A stretch of DNA of 35,577 nucleotides from a virus: positions 1 to 35,577 of the IMG/VR virus record IMGVR_UViG_3300002134_000021; one strand, written 5' to 3'. Below, piece by piece: positions 1 to 7,417 of the stretch. The notes below the pieces were generated by a model, which ran no database searches, was not told the DNA's origin, and saw only the letters and a program-made list of their open reading frames with translations. The stretch's first letter is position 1. Each line of letters starts with the position of its first letter. The position numbers and the translations under genes were made by a program.

Positions 1-198
1 CCAAAAGTATTCTAAGGGGTGTTCTTTGCTTATGTATAATTCATACCCCAAACTATCAGCCCAATCTTGATACGCACCCCACATAAACGATTCTGGTAGG
101 TCTTTGAACCATTCGTATTGTCGAAATGTGCCTTCTTGGTATTGGTCAACGTAATACGCTCTAAAAGCTTCCTTTGCTTTACCTGTTAGTGGTGTCAT
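1..198 (-). CDS. 5' 66 codons of a hypothetical gene; duplicate of 35213..35410, truncated by the window start
   Basis: Lies inside the terminal redundancy. The ATG at 196-198 overlaps the stop of the 195..470 ORF (ATGA). Confidence 0.6.
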   Translation of the reverse strand, partial: MTPLTGKAKEAFRAYYVDQYQEGTFRQYEWFKDLPESFMWGAYQDWADSLGYELYISKEHPLEYFW

Positions 199-365
199 TT
201 CTCGTTGTTTTTAATCGTTTCGTACAGCCACTCAATCCCCTTTTGCAGCCGTGGTTTAGCCGTTGACGTTGCGTAACTATTCGCATTAACATACCCGAAA
301 GCCTTAGCGATGTCAGCATTCTTTATCCTTAGTTCCTTTTTGATTTGCTTGATTGTCATTTGGTT
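1..365. repeat. Terminal redundancy copy A, identical to 35213..35577
   Basis: The window starts ccaaaagtattctaaggggtgttc. The same string restarts at 35213 and runs to the last base (gattgtcatttggtt ends both copies). Both repeat edges fall inside minus-strand ORFs. Confidence 0.9.
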
Positions 366-470
366 GGTTGGTTTAGTTGTTAAAGAATCCATACTCTGTT
401 TGCTTGTTTTCCAATTGTCAGGTAGTTCAACACCTGACAAATCAAGTATATCAATTAGTAGGTTGCTCAT
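195..470 (-). CDS. Hypothetical protein, possible helix-turn-helix DNA binder
   Basis: 91-aa ORF. The C-terminal half (TIKQIKKELRIKNADIAKAFGY) looks HTH-like. Stop is ATGA-coupled to the next gene. No family recognised. Confidence 0.55.
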   Translation of the reverse strand: MSNLLIDILDLSGVELPDNWKTSKQSMDSLTTKPTNQMTIKQIKKELRIKNADIAKAFGYVNANSYATSTAKPRLQKGIEWLYETIKNNEK

Positions 471-479
471 TCTTCATTT

Positions 480-776
480 TTAGTTTGATTTGCCGAAGTA
501 CGGGCACGTTTCTGAGTAGATTCCTTTTTCCTTAGCCAATCGTATGAACTCTGCTTTAACGGTCTCTTCTAGGTAGTTGAAATCATCATCCCCCACTCTA
601 TAGCTAGCCCAGTCCTCGAAGGTCATACCATTACGATAGTTATTTGTCAATTCAGCGCTAAAGTTAGGGTCAATAGTTGACCTGAAAATCTTAGCAAATG
701 TTTTGAACTTATTCAGAGTTTGTGCTTGGCTAAAGGTGTTGCATATTATCCTGTTGATATTAGTCTCGTTGCTCAT
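480..776 (-). CDS. Hypothetical protein (98 aa from the ATG at 776)
   Basis: The track ORF extends to 815, but that start is a TTG inside the -7 promoter box. The first ATG (774-776) lies 36 nt downstream of TATATTTG. Confidence 0.6.
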   Translation of the reverse strand: MSNETNINRIICNTFSQAQTLNKFKTFAKIFRSTIDPNFSAELTNNYRNGMTFEDWASYRVGDDDFNYLEETVKAEFIRLAKEKGIYSETCPYFGKSN

Positions 777-812
777 TGTGTTTCGTTTAGTGGTTATTGC
801 CTTATTGCCTGA

Positions 813-845
813 CAAATATATGCAATTACTTACATACCATGCAAA
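813..845 (-). promoter_or_regulatory. Bacteroidota-type promoter: TTTG-N21-TATATTTG
   Basis: The minus strand reads AAATTTGCATGGTATGTAAGTAATTGCATATATTTGTCAGG. The -7 box TAnnTTTG is at 820..813 and the -33 TTTG at 845..842. Confidence 0.5.
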
Positions 846-929
846 TTTATTTATGCGTTTGCCTACTTTATTTAGCTAAGTGACTGATTATCAAATCAAT
901 TATTTTCAATGCACTCAAATACTACAATC

Positions 930-982
930 AAAACAATGATGAGTAATGCGGAAATGATTATCGCTGATAGTATCATTGTTTT
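930..982 (-). terminator. Hairpin at the end of the replication module (possible terminator)
   Basis: 11-nt inverted arms aaaacaatgat (930-940) and atcattgtttt (972-982) start at the stop codon of ORF 973..1173. The second arm is followed by more U on the minus strand. The 31-nt loop weakens the call. Confidence 0.35.
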
Positions 983-1173
983 TTGATGAAGTATTTGATT
1001 CGTGTATTACACCTTCGTTCCAGTTCTAAACGATTCTCAACATACCTCCATCCGTTTTCGGGTGTTGGGTTATCAAGAAACGCTATTGCGGTTTCATCGC
1101 CTTCGCGTAATAGTTTGAATAGGCTTTTAGAACGGCTCATCTTCGATGTCGTCAATGTCATAGAATGCTTCAT
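973..1173 (-). CDS. Hypothetical small protein; start uncertain (ATGs at 1173, 1161, 1140)
   Basis: 66-aa ORF overlapping the primase-helicase 3' end. The ATG at 1140 would reduce the overlap to 14 nt. Confidence 0.45.
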   Translation of the reverse strand: MKHSMTLTTSKMSRSKSLFKLLREGDETAIAFLDNPTPENGWRYVENRLELERRCNTRIKYFIKKQ

Positions 1174-2926
1174 TTGGTTTCATTGCTGATTTGTGAATAA
1201 TTGGATTGTCTTCTAGTATTCGCTCACGTGTAAAGTCGAAGGGTTGATAGCCCGTGTCTTTAGCGTAGTAACGTCCTGACGGTATGTGATAGCTGTAATC
1301 TACTTGCTTACCTATTTCGCCTTGAAAGCTAAACTTTGTCTTTAGGTTAAAGAATGAAGTGTAACCATCTACGCCAGTTTCTGGGTTATCAAAATGGCGG
1401 TATATTCCAAAACCGTTATGAGTTTGGTTTCTAAAGTCGGCACTACCTGACACATCATAAAGGCTTGGAATCTCGACCTCGCCATTTTCTGTGCGTTTCA
1501 TCTTTGTAGGGTGCGCGATTAAGAACACCAACACATCGTTCATCTGACAGAACATCGTTAGCTTAGTCAGTACTTCGCCAATGGCATCAATCTTGTTTCC
1601 TTTCGGTAGTTCAACTTTGTTAAAAGCATCAATTACAAAGATGTCTATTCCGTATGTGAATAGCTGTTCTTTGAACCGTTCAAGCAACCAATCCCAGTTA
1701 GGTACAACACCCTTTTCAGCAGTGGTTAGATAAACCTTTTCGTTCGCCCATTCTTTATAACGCGCAATGTCGTCTTTGTCAATCCGTGGCACTCCGTCCA
1801 TTTCCTTCCAAAAGTTCTTACCGATAACCTTTTGAATGAATGTAGTTTGGTGTAACTCCATTGGCGAATGTTCGGGGCTGAAGAAACTCGTTTTCATATT
1901 GTAGTCGTTGCAAAGATTCAGCACGTACCACTCTGTAAAATTACTTTTTCCATGCGAAGGAACACCCGTGCCTGTTGTAAGCTGACCACGCATAACACTG
2001 AAAATGTTTTTCATATTACCGAATGATTCGTGCTTTGGGTATATTGTCTTTGGTAGCCCGTTATCGTAAAGGTCAATTATACCATCCATCAAGTCTTCAA
2101 CTTTGAACGTTCCGCTAACTGGAAACGATTGTTGCGCCTTTATATCTTGCTCGAATGTTCCGTTCTGAAGTGAACCGTTCGCATCCTTATGCTGCCAATC
2201 AATGAAACTACAACGGTACTTACCTAATCTGTGTGCTATCTTGGCGCGTACATCTAAACCCTTCTCATCGTTGTCGGTTGCAATAATGAAACGCTCAATA
2301 TCAGCTATGTACTTTTCGCTGTTAATCCATTGTTCATCATGGTCGTTCGCCCCGTTGACAAGGCTTACAACGTTCTTGATTCCTTGTGAGTGCATTGCCA
2401 ACACATCAAATTCGCCCTCGACTATGTATAGCGTCTTTTGACCTATTGCCGCGTTGATATTGTAAAGCAATCGTTTACCGTCCTTTGATTGAGTAAAGTT
2501 CTTTTTTGAATCTCGGAACTTCTTGTTGACAACCTTAGACCCTTCAAAGTAGTTAAACACAATGCAGTTTGTTTCTTTGTTGGTTTGCGGTAACCATTGC
2601 TTCTCTTCAGTGATACCGAACTCAATCAACGTACGCTGTGGAATAGAACGACTAGCACACCACTTAACCATGCCTTCGCTTAGATTAGTATGGTTTTGCC
2701 AATCTTGTGGAGGCTCAACGTAAGTAGGTTTCTCAAACGTCTTTTCTTCTTTGAATGATACCGCTTCGCAGTGATGGCAATGTGCTAATCCTTTCTCGAA
2801 GTCAACGGACAAACATTTGTCTGTTTTGTTGTTGCGTGTTGGGCTACAAGCTGGACACGTGCTTTTCTTCGACCCCGTTCTATTGCCTTTTACTTCGATG
2901 TCTAACCAGTTGATTAGTGTTTTCAT
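1127..2926 (-). CDS. Bifunctional DNA primase-helicase (T7 gp4-like architecture)
   Basis: Zinc finger CPACSP...CLSV...HCHHCEA. TOPRIM motifs LYIVEGEFDVLAM and IIATDNDEKG. RecA/DnaB-type Walker A GTGVPSHGKSNF and Walker B IFVIDAFN. Acidic C-terminus DIDDIEDEPF. Confidence 0.85.
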   Translation of the reverse strand: MKTLINWLDIEVKGNRTGSKKSTCPACSPTRNNKTDKCLSVDFEKGLAHCHHCEAVSFKEEKTFEKPTYVEPPQDWQNHTNLSEGMVKWCASRSIPQRTLIEFGITEEKQWLPQTNKETNCIVFNYFEGSKVVNKKFRDSKKNFTQSKDGKRLLYNINAAIGQKTLYIVEGEFDVLAMHSQGIKNVVSLVNGANDHDEQWINSEKYIADIERFIIATDNDEKGLDVRAKIAHRLGKYRCSFIDWQHKDANGSLQNGTFEQDIKAQQSFPVSGTFKVEDLMDGIIDLYDNGLPKTIYPKHESFGNMKNIFSVMRGQLTTGTGVPSHGKSNFTEWYVLNLCNDYNMKTSFFSPEHSPMELHQTTFIQKVIGKNFWKEMDGVPRIDKDDIARYKEWANEKVYLTTAEKGVVPNWDWLLERFKEQLFTYGIDIFVIDAFNKVELPKGNKIDAIGEVLTKLTMFCQMNDVLVFLIAHPTKMKRTENGEVEIPSLYDVSGSADFRNQTHNGFGIYRHFDNPETGVDGYTSFFNLKTKFSFQGEIGKQVDYSYHIPSGRYYAKDTGYQPFDFTRERILEDNPIIHKSAMKPNEAFYDIDDIEDEPF

Positions 2927-3648
2927 AGTGCTGACCTTAAACGTGTGCTTCCATCCTTATCTATGATAAAAACAGAGTTGTTTGATTTTGGTTTTTCCGT
3001 TGTTTCCTTTTGCTTTGGTAATTCAGTGTCTAACCAAGTTCTATCCTTTAGGTAATTAACAGGTAACTTTCTAAATTTCTTATCGGGTGTTGCGGCTACG
3101 TACTTACCAACGTGTAAAAGTATCTTAGAGTATTCTCTTGAATCTATTTCAGACCATTCACGTTGAGCAGGTACACGCCCCTCTTGTTTATCGTATGCTT
3201 TAAAGAAAAGGTCGAACTCCGTTTCTAGTGTTATCTGTTCTTCTCTATTCTCTTCTATTCTAGTCTTATCTGCATTACCTTGCATTGCACTTGTATTATT
3301 TTGCATTGCATTTGCATTAACTTGCTTTGCTTTTGGTTTGTTCCATCGTGCTTTTGCAGCCTTAGAACGGCTATTACTTATGTCAGTACAATCTTCATAT
3401 TGTTCGTCTAAGAATTTAATCTGAATAGAACCATCATCATCGTGTTCTATTATTTTAAGGCGTATCAATTCTTTGAACTCATCAACTCCCATTTCTATTT
3501 CTGCATCCTCAACGTGCATGATGCACTCATTTGTCCAGTAAATGCAGCACAACCGCATAAACCTAGCTTGTGAAACTTCCGAACATCTTTGAATACGCCC
3601 CATAAACCAATGGGAAGGACTGAATTTAAACCACTTTAGGTTATCCAT
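2923..3648 (-). CDS. Replication-associated protein (DUF1376-like N-terminus, replisome-organizer-like C-terminus)
   Basis: The N-terminus WFKFSPSHWFMGRI...ARFMRLCCIYW resembles DUF1376. The C-terminus FDLFFKAYDKQEGRVPAQREW...YLKDRTWLD resembles phage replication organizer motifs. The two domains are joined by a repeat-rich linker. Confidence 0.45.
   Translation of the reverse strand: MDNLKWFKFSPSHWFMGRIQRCSEVSQARFMRLCCIYWTNECIMHVEDAEIEMGVDEFKELIRLKIIEHDDDGSIQIKFLDEQYEDCTDISNSRSKAAKARWNKPKAKQVNANAMQNNTSAMQGNADKTRIEENREEQITLETEFDLFFKAYDKQEGRVPAQREWSEIDSREYSKILLHVGKYVAATPDKKFRKLPVNYLKDRTWLDTELPKQKETTEKPKSNNSVFIIDKDGSTRLRSAL
3241..3318. repeat. Short-repeat cluster inside the linker of the replication-organizer gene
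   Basis: ttctctattc/tcttctattc at 3241-3260. tgcatt occurs at 3271, 3281, 3302, 3307 and 3313, with variants tgcact at 3286 and tgtatt at 3292. Confidence 0.7.
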
Positions 3649-3659
3649 TTTTTAGGCAT

Positions 3660-3678
3660 AAAAAAACCCAGTGGGTTT
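3660..3678 (-). terminator. Weak hairpin plus U7 run in the leader of ORF 2923..3648 (terminator or attenuator-like)
   Basis: The minus strand reads CTAAACCCACTGGGTTTTTTTATGCC. The stem AAACCC/GGGTTT is followed by a T-run and lies 12 nt upstream of the ATG. Confidence 0.3.
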
Positions 3679-3753
3679 AGTGATTGCAGCACCGCCCCCA
3701 ATGGGTTTAAAATTCTTCTTAAGTTTTCCAACCTGCAACATTGGATTAAGCCT

Positions 3754-3785
3754 CAAATATACGCTTATCAATTGACTTCAGCAAC
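3754..3785 (-). promoter_or_regulatory. Possible Bacteroidota-type promoter: GTTG-N20-TATATTTG
   Basis: The minus strand reads GTTGCTGAAGTCAATTGATAAGCGTATATTTGAGG. The -7 box matches TAnnTTTG and the -33 element is imperfect. Confidence 0.35.
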
Positions 3786-3787
3786 TA

Positions 3788-4237
3788 TTAAGCAGCCAAA
3801 GATTCAAATTGATGGTTGATTAGTTTACCGTAGTGAATAGCGAATAATCTATCGCCACTTTGAACCATCTGTTCAGCACGTTTAGCATGGTGTAACATTG
3901 ACGTTCTATCCTTTCCAAACTCGTTCGCCACTTGCGTAAATACTTGTGAATTGTATTCGTGCGACTGGTAGATAAAGTACAGAACCGCCCTTCGTTTCTC
4001 AACGTAAACTGGCAGCCTAGAAGCGTTGTTTGCTTCCGTTAGTTCGTAACCTACAATCTCGCAACACTTACGTACCAACTCTTTGATTGATAGTTTGGTT
4101 AGTTCGTCTAATGCACGTTCGCAGTTTAGCTTCTTCATTGCTTGAATGAGTTCTGTTAGTCTAGGTGCATCTTTAGAGAACTGAGAACGTTTGAAAACCA
4201 ACGCCTCAATTATCTCTTTTCGTTCTTGCTCTTTCAT
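3788..4237 (-). CDS. Stand-alone DnaA C-terminal (domain IV) HTH-like protein
   Basis: RRAVLYFIYQSHEYNSQVFTQVANEFGKDRTSMLHHAKRAEQMV aligns by eye with the DnaA domain IV pattern R.iAmyL...S...Ig..fg.rdHtTVlha.kkie. There is no AAA+ domain. Confidence 0.6.
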   Translation of the reverse strand: MKEQERKEIIEALVFKRSQFSKDAPRLTELIQAMKKLNCERALDELTKLSIKELVRKCCEIVGYELTEANNASRLPVYVEKRRAVLYFIYQSHEYNSQVFTQVANEFGKDRTSMLHHAKRAEQMVQSGDRLFAIHYGKLINHQFESLAA

Positions 4238-4239
4238 GG

Positions 4240-6411
4240 TTAGAATAGTGTTAATACAGAATTCATTTCTTCAACTGCTGCGCGATGGTTAGCCTCATTC
4301 AGTTTAAAGTAGCTTTCCTTTAACTCGATTGATATTGATTTGCGTTTCATTTTCAATGCTTGAAAGCCTTCAGAACCAATACCACCGAAAGGACTTAGAA
4401 CCGTTTCTCCTTCATTTGAATACAAGTGAATTACTCGTTCAATCGTATCAAGTTGTAATGGGCAAATATGCTTTTCATCGTTACCATCCCTACCTGAACG
4501 GTATTGAAGTGTTCTACCATAATCAACATCCATCCAAACAGGAGAAGCGTATTTCTGCCAAAGGTCAACTGGTAGAAAGTTTGGCTTATTATGGTCTTTA
4601 TCTTGATGCTGAATTGGCACTTCGTTATCTCCTTCGTTTCTAAAGAATAAAACGTAGTCAGGAATCCCAACTCTTGACATTACTGAATCCTTTTTTATTG
4701 TTTTATGAAGCAATCCTAATGCCTTAGTTCGCTGCATTTCAGTTACTGGGTTCTTCCATATAGTTGTCTTAGCATGATAGATGAATCCTTGTTCTGTGAA
4801 CCACTCAATCAGCATACCGCTAAAGTCACGCAATCCAATGTAACCTTCTTTGCCTTTCTGAATTGGTAAATCCATACAATGAACAGCGCAAATACGCCCA
4901 GACTTAAGAACTCGTTTCAATTCAGGAATCAAGTATTTAAAGTGCTTCTCAAACTCTTGATAATTCTTAACATTTCCCATGTCCTCTTCCTTGTCGGAAT
5001 ACACATATAACTCCGCGAAAGGTGGAGAAAATACAACCAAGTCAACTGAATCGGTGTCTAGTTTTGATGTTTCTTGCACGCAATCTCCATTGATAACGTG
5101 ATAGTCTTTTGTTTTCATTTCTTTGTTGTTTATGGTTACTCTTGATTTGTTTAGTTTGTAATCTGCATTAGCTGAATACTGGCTCATTTCGTGAATCATT
5201 TGCTTATGCTTCGCCTCTTTTTCAAGTATTGTTTTACGAACATTTACTTGGCTTTCAGGAACTAAGATATGAACCGTTACTTTATTCTTTTGTCCAAATC
5301 GGTAACACCTTCTAACGGCTTGGTAGAACGCCTCAAACTTGAAATCGTAAGACATGAATACCATATTACTACACTGCTGGTAGTTCATGCCGAATGAAGC
5401 GATTGAAGTCTTAGTAACAAGCACTCTGAAATCTTCATTAGCAAATCCGTTTAGATTAGTAGCCTTGTATTCAGGTGAATCAGAACCTTGAACATTTTTA
5501 GCGCCGTCAATCAACTTACCTAATGTGTCGGTTTCTAGATTCTTCAACCCCCAAACAATTACTTGTTCATTTGAGTTTACTAATTCTAAAGTCTTTTCAA
5601 CTCTCAAATCAAATGAACGATTAAGGTCTTTATGTAAGTCAGTAGCAGAAACAGCAACATCACCGAATAGCGTTTGAGTATTGTTCTCAACTGGAATAAT
5701 ATGCTCAACGTATTCTATTTCAGGTAACTCGTAACCATCCCCATTGAATCCCAATGTTTTAGGGTTATCAAGTGATATTGACCACGTACAAACATACTTC
5801 CAAAAGTCATCGGTAGCGTGTTTTCTAAGTCTCCATTTAGACGTTTCACCACCATCATGTACAAAGTACATTGCAAGCATTTCAAGATATGTCATTGCTC
5901 CTAAGAACTCCGAATGTTGACCTAGCTCCATATGGTCATTTGGAGATGGTGTTGCGGTACAAGCTAACTTGTAAGGTGTATTCTTGAATAGGTCGATTAT
6001 CATTGAAGATAGTTTACCGTCCTTGCCTTTCAGTATAGAACTTTCATCAAGTACAACACCTGAATAAATAGAAACGTCCGTATTCTTTAATTGGTCAAAG
6101 TTGGTAATGTCGAATGAATCGGGGTTAATGCCGAATCGAATAGCCTCTTTTTTAGTTTGAGCAACAACTGCCAATGGAGCAAGTATTAATACTTTTTCGC
6201 CAGTGTGTTTATTAACGGCATCAGCCCACGCAAGCTGCATCAAAGTCTTCCCTAATCCGCAATCAGCGAATATTGCAAACCGACCTTTTCTAAGTGCTAT
6301 TCTTACAATGTACTCTTGAAAGTCAAATAGATTACTATTCAATTCAGTTGGTTCAAATCCACTTGATATGAATCCCTTCTTCTTGGTCTTTAAAAACTCT
6401 TTGTATTCCAT
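4240..6411 (-). CDS. SNF2-family helicase fused to a beta-class N4/N6 DNA methyltransferase
   Basis: Helicase motifs: ADCGLGKT (I), VVLDESS (II), CTATPSPN (III), VLVTKTSIASFGMN (V), YQAVRRCYRFGQ (VI). From about aa 440 come methyltransferase motif IV VVFSPPF and then motif I LSPFGGIGSEG (beta order). Confidence 0.8.
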   Translation of the reverse strand: MEYKEFLKTKKKGFISSGFEPTELNSNLFDFQEYIVRIALRKGRFAIFADCGLGKTLMQLAWADAVNKHTGEKVLILAPLAVVAQTKKEAIRFGINPDSFDITNFDQLKNTDVSIYSGVVLDESSILKGKDGKLSSMIIDLFKNTPYKLACTATPSPNDHMELGQHSEFLGAMTYLEMLAMYFVHDGGETSKWRLRKHATDDFWKYVCTWSISLDNPKTLGFNGDGYELPEIEYVEHIIPVENNTQTLFGDVAVSATDLHKDLNRSFDLRVEKTLELVNSNEQVIVWGLKNLETDTLGKLIDGAKNVQGSDSPEYKATNLNGFANEDFRVLVTKTSIASFGMNYQQCSNMVFMSYDFKFEAFYQAVRRCYRFGQKNKVTVHILVPESQVNVRKTILEKEAKHKQMIHEMSQYSANADYKLNKSRVTINNKEMKTKDYHVINGDCVQETSKLDTDSVDLVVFSPPFAELYVYSDKEEDMGNVKNYQEFEKHFKYLIPELKRVLKSGRICAVHCMDLPIQKGKEGYIGLRDFSGMLIEWFTEQGFIYHAKTTIWKNPVTEMQRTKALGLLHKTIKKDSVMSRVGIPDYVLFFRNEGDNEVPIQHQDKDHNKPNFLPVDLWQKYASPVWMDVDYGRTLQYRSGRDGNDEKHICPLQLDTIERVIHLYSNEGETVLSPFGGIGSEGFQALKMKRKSISIELKESYFKLNEANHRAAVEEMNSVLTLF

Positions 6412-6416
6412 CTCGT

Positions 6417-6644
6417 TTATTTATTTCCTTGTCTAAACTCATACACCGCGTCCTCGTCAATCTCATTGCAAGCCTCCGCGAATAGGGTTTCAATTTGTCC
6501 TAATGCTGCATCGTTAGCCTCTAGGTACATATCAAGTAGTGTAATGCCTTCGATTGATTCTAGTTCGGTATCGCTGCCGTTTGAGTATCCTGTGACTTCT
6601 AGTTTATGACCGCGCCAAGTTATGCGTTTGAATGTTAGTTTCAT
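6417..6644 (-). CDS. Hypothetical acidic protein
   Basis: 75-aa ORF. It is the first gene after the conserved 22-nt promoter element. Confidence 0.6.
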   Translation of the reverse strand: MKLTFKRITWRGHKLEVTGYSNGSDTELESIEGITLLDMYLEANDAALGQIETLFAEACNEIDEDAVYEFRQGNK

Positions 6645-6658
6645 TTGTTGTTGTTTTC

Positions 6659-6702
6659 GTTTGTTATTACGACAAATCTACATACTAATTCGACACCGCA
6701 AA
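6659..6702 (-). promoter_or_regulatory. Bacteroidota-type promoter: TTTG-N18-TAGATTTG, inside a 22-nt element repeated at 10017..10038
   Basis: The minus strand reads CTTTGCGGTGTCGAATTAGTATGTAGATTTGTCGTAATAACAAAC. The ATG of ORF 6417..6644 is 28 nt downstream of the -7 box. Confidence 0.6.
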
Positions 6703-6730
6703 GAAAAAGTTAACCTAATGTGAAAATAAT

Positions 6731-7027
6731 TCACTTCGTGCTTGATTCTAGCATGGAAATAGCATCTTCAACCGATTCAATTACCCAATACTTGCATCCT
6801 ACTGATTCAATTTTAGCCTTGAACTCTTGCTCGCCTTCGGTTAACTTACGCGCTGAAATAGGCTTAGAACCATCTTTAATCTCCACCATGAACACTTCAC
6901 CGTTAAAACATACTAGGATGTCGAAACAGTTCTTTAGTTGGCTTACAATCAAGCAAACAGCCCCACGTTTCCGCAGGGCTGCAACTATTTCGGATTGATT
7001 AGAATCTACTTTCGCGGCTCGCCTCAA
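6731..7027 (-). CDS. VRR-NUC / PD-(D/E)xK nuclease
   Basis: CFDILVCFNGEVFMVEIKDG...LTEGEQEF gives the D...E.K...Q pattern. It sits next to the SNF2 helicase, a common phage pairing. Confidence 0.7.
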   Translation of the reverse strand: MRRAAKVDSNQSEIVAALRKRGAVCLIVSQLKNCFDILVCFNGEVFMVEIKDGSKPISARKLTEGEQEFKAKIESVGCKYWVIESVEDAISMLESSTK

Positions 7028-7392
7028 AACGGGTCGTCTGAATATTCGCCATTGTAGTTAGTTCCTGCTAATGGCGTTTGATGTGCTTGCTCAACACGTT
7101 CGCCCGATTCAACGCGATACGCTGACAACGATGTGTAGTATTTGCCTTGATATTCATTCGTGCGAATTTCAAACTTAACCAACACTTCGCTTCCTTCCTT
7201 GTTGAACTTGTTGAAGTTGTCCACTTTTTCAGCCCCAAATATCTCAAAGCAAAATAGTTGTTCGCGCCCTTCGTAGCCTCCCTGATTTGAGACAACGAAA
7301 GAAACTTTCTTCCAATCTTCACCACCTGCTTTTGGTGTTCCTGTTTGAACTGGCAACACCTTTTTCAATTTACCTTTTACTTCGTAACTCAT
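7024..7392 (-). CDS. Single-stranded DNA-binding protein, DUF3127-type OB fold
   Basis: MSYEVKGKLKKVLPVQTGTPKAGGEDWKKVSFVV...FEIFGAEKVDNF...YQGKYYTSL matches the remembered DUF3127 pattern. The acidic tail ends YSDDPF. Confidence 0.7.
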   Translation of the reverse strand: MSYEVKGKLKKVLPVQTGTPKAGGEDWKKVSFVVSNQGGYEGREQLFCFEIFGAEKVDNFNKFNKEGSEVLVKFEIRTNEYQGKYYTSLSAYRVESGERVEQAHQTPLAGTNYNGEYSDDPF

Positions 7393-7393
7393 A

Positions 7394-7417
7394 TTGATTG
7401 TTTAATTGATTGTTTAA
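7394..7417. repeat. Perfect tandem 12-mer x2 (ttgattgtttaa) immediately upstream of the SSB start codon
   Basis: Copies at 7394-7405 and 7406-7417. The minus strand reads TTAAACAATCAATTAAACAATCAATATG. Confidence 0.8.

Noticed and set aside
1-365. Terminal repeat as an attachment site or prophage boundary
   Set aside because: There is no integrase and no flanking bacterial genes. The repeat is coding sequence of the phage itself and simply closes the circle.
3271-3318. Possible CRISPR-like or microsatellite array (tgcatt repeats)
   Set aside because: The units are 6 nt with irregular 5-11 nt spacing inside a coding linker. There is no repeat-spacer architecture and no cas genes.
3641-3649. 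Partial DnaA-box-like strings TTATCCATT (here and at about 7664)
   Set aside because: They match only 7 of 9 positions, lie within or at the start of coding sequence, and are isolated single copies.
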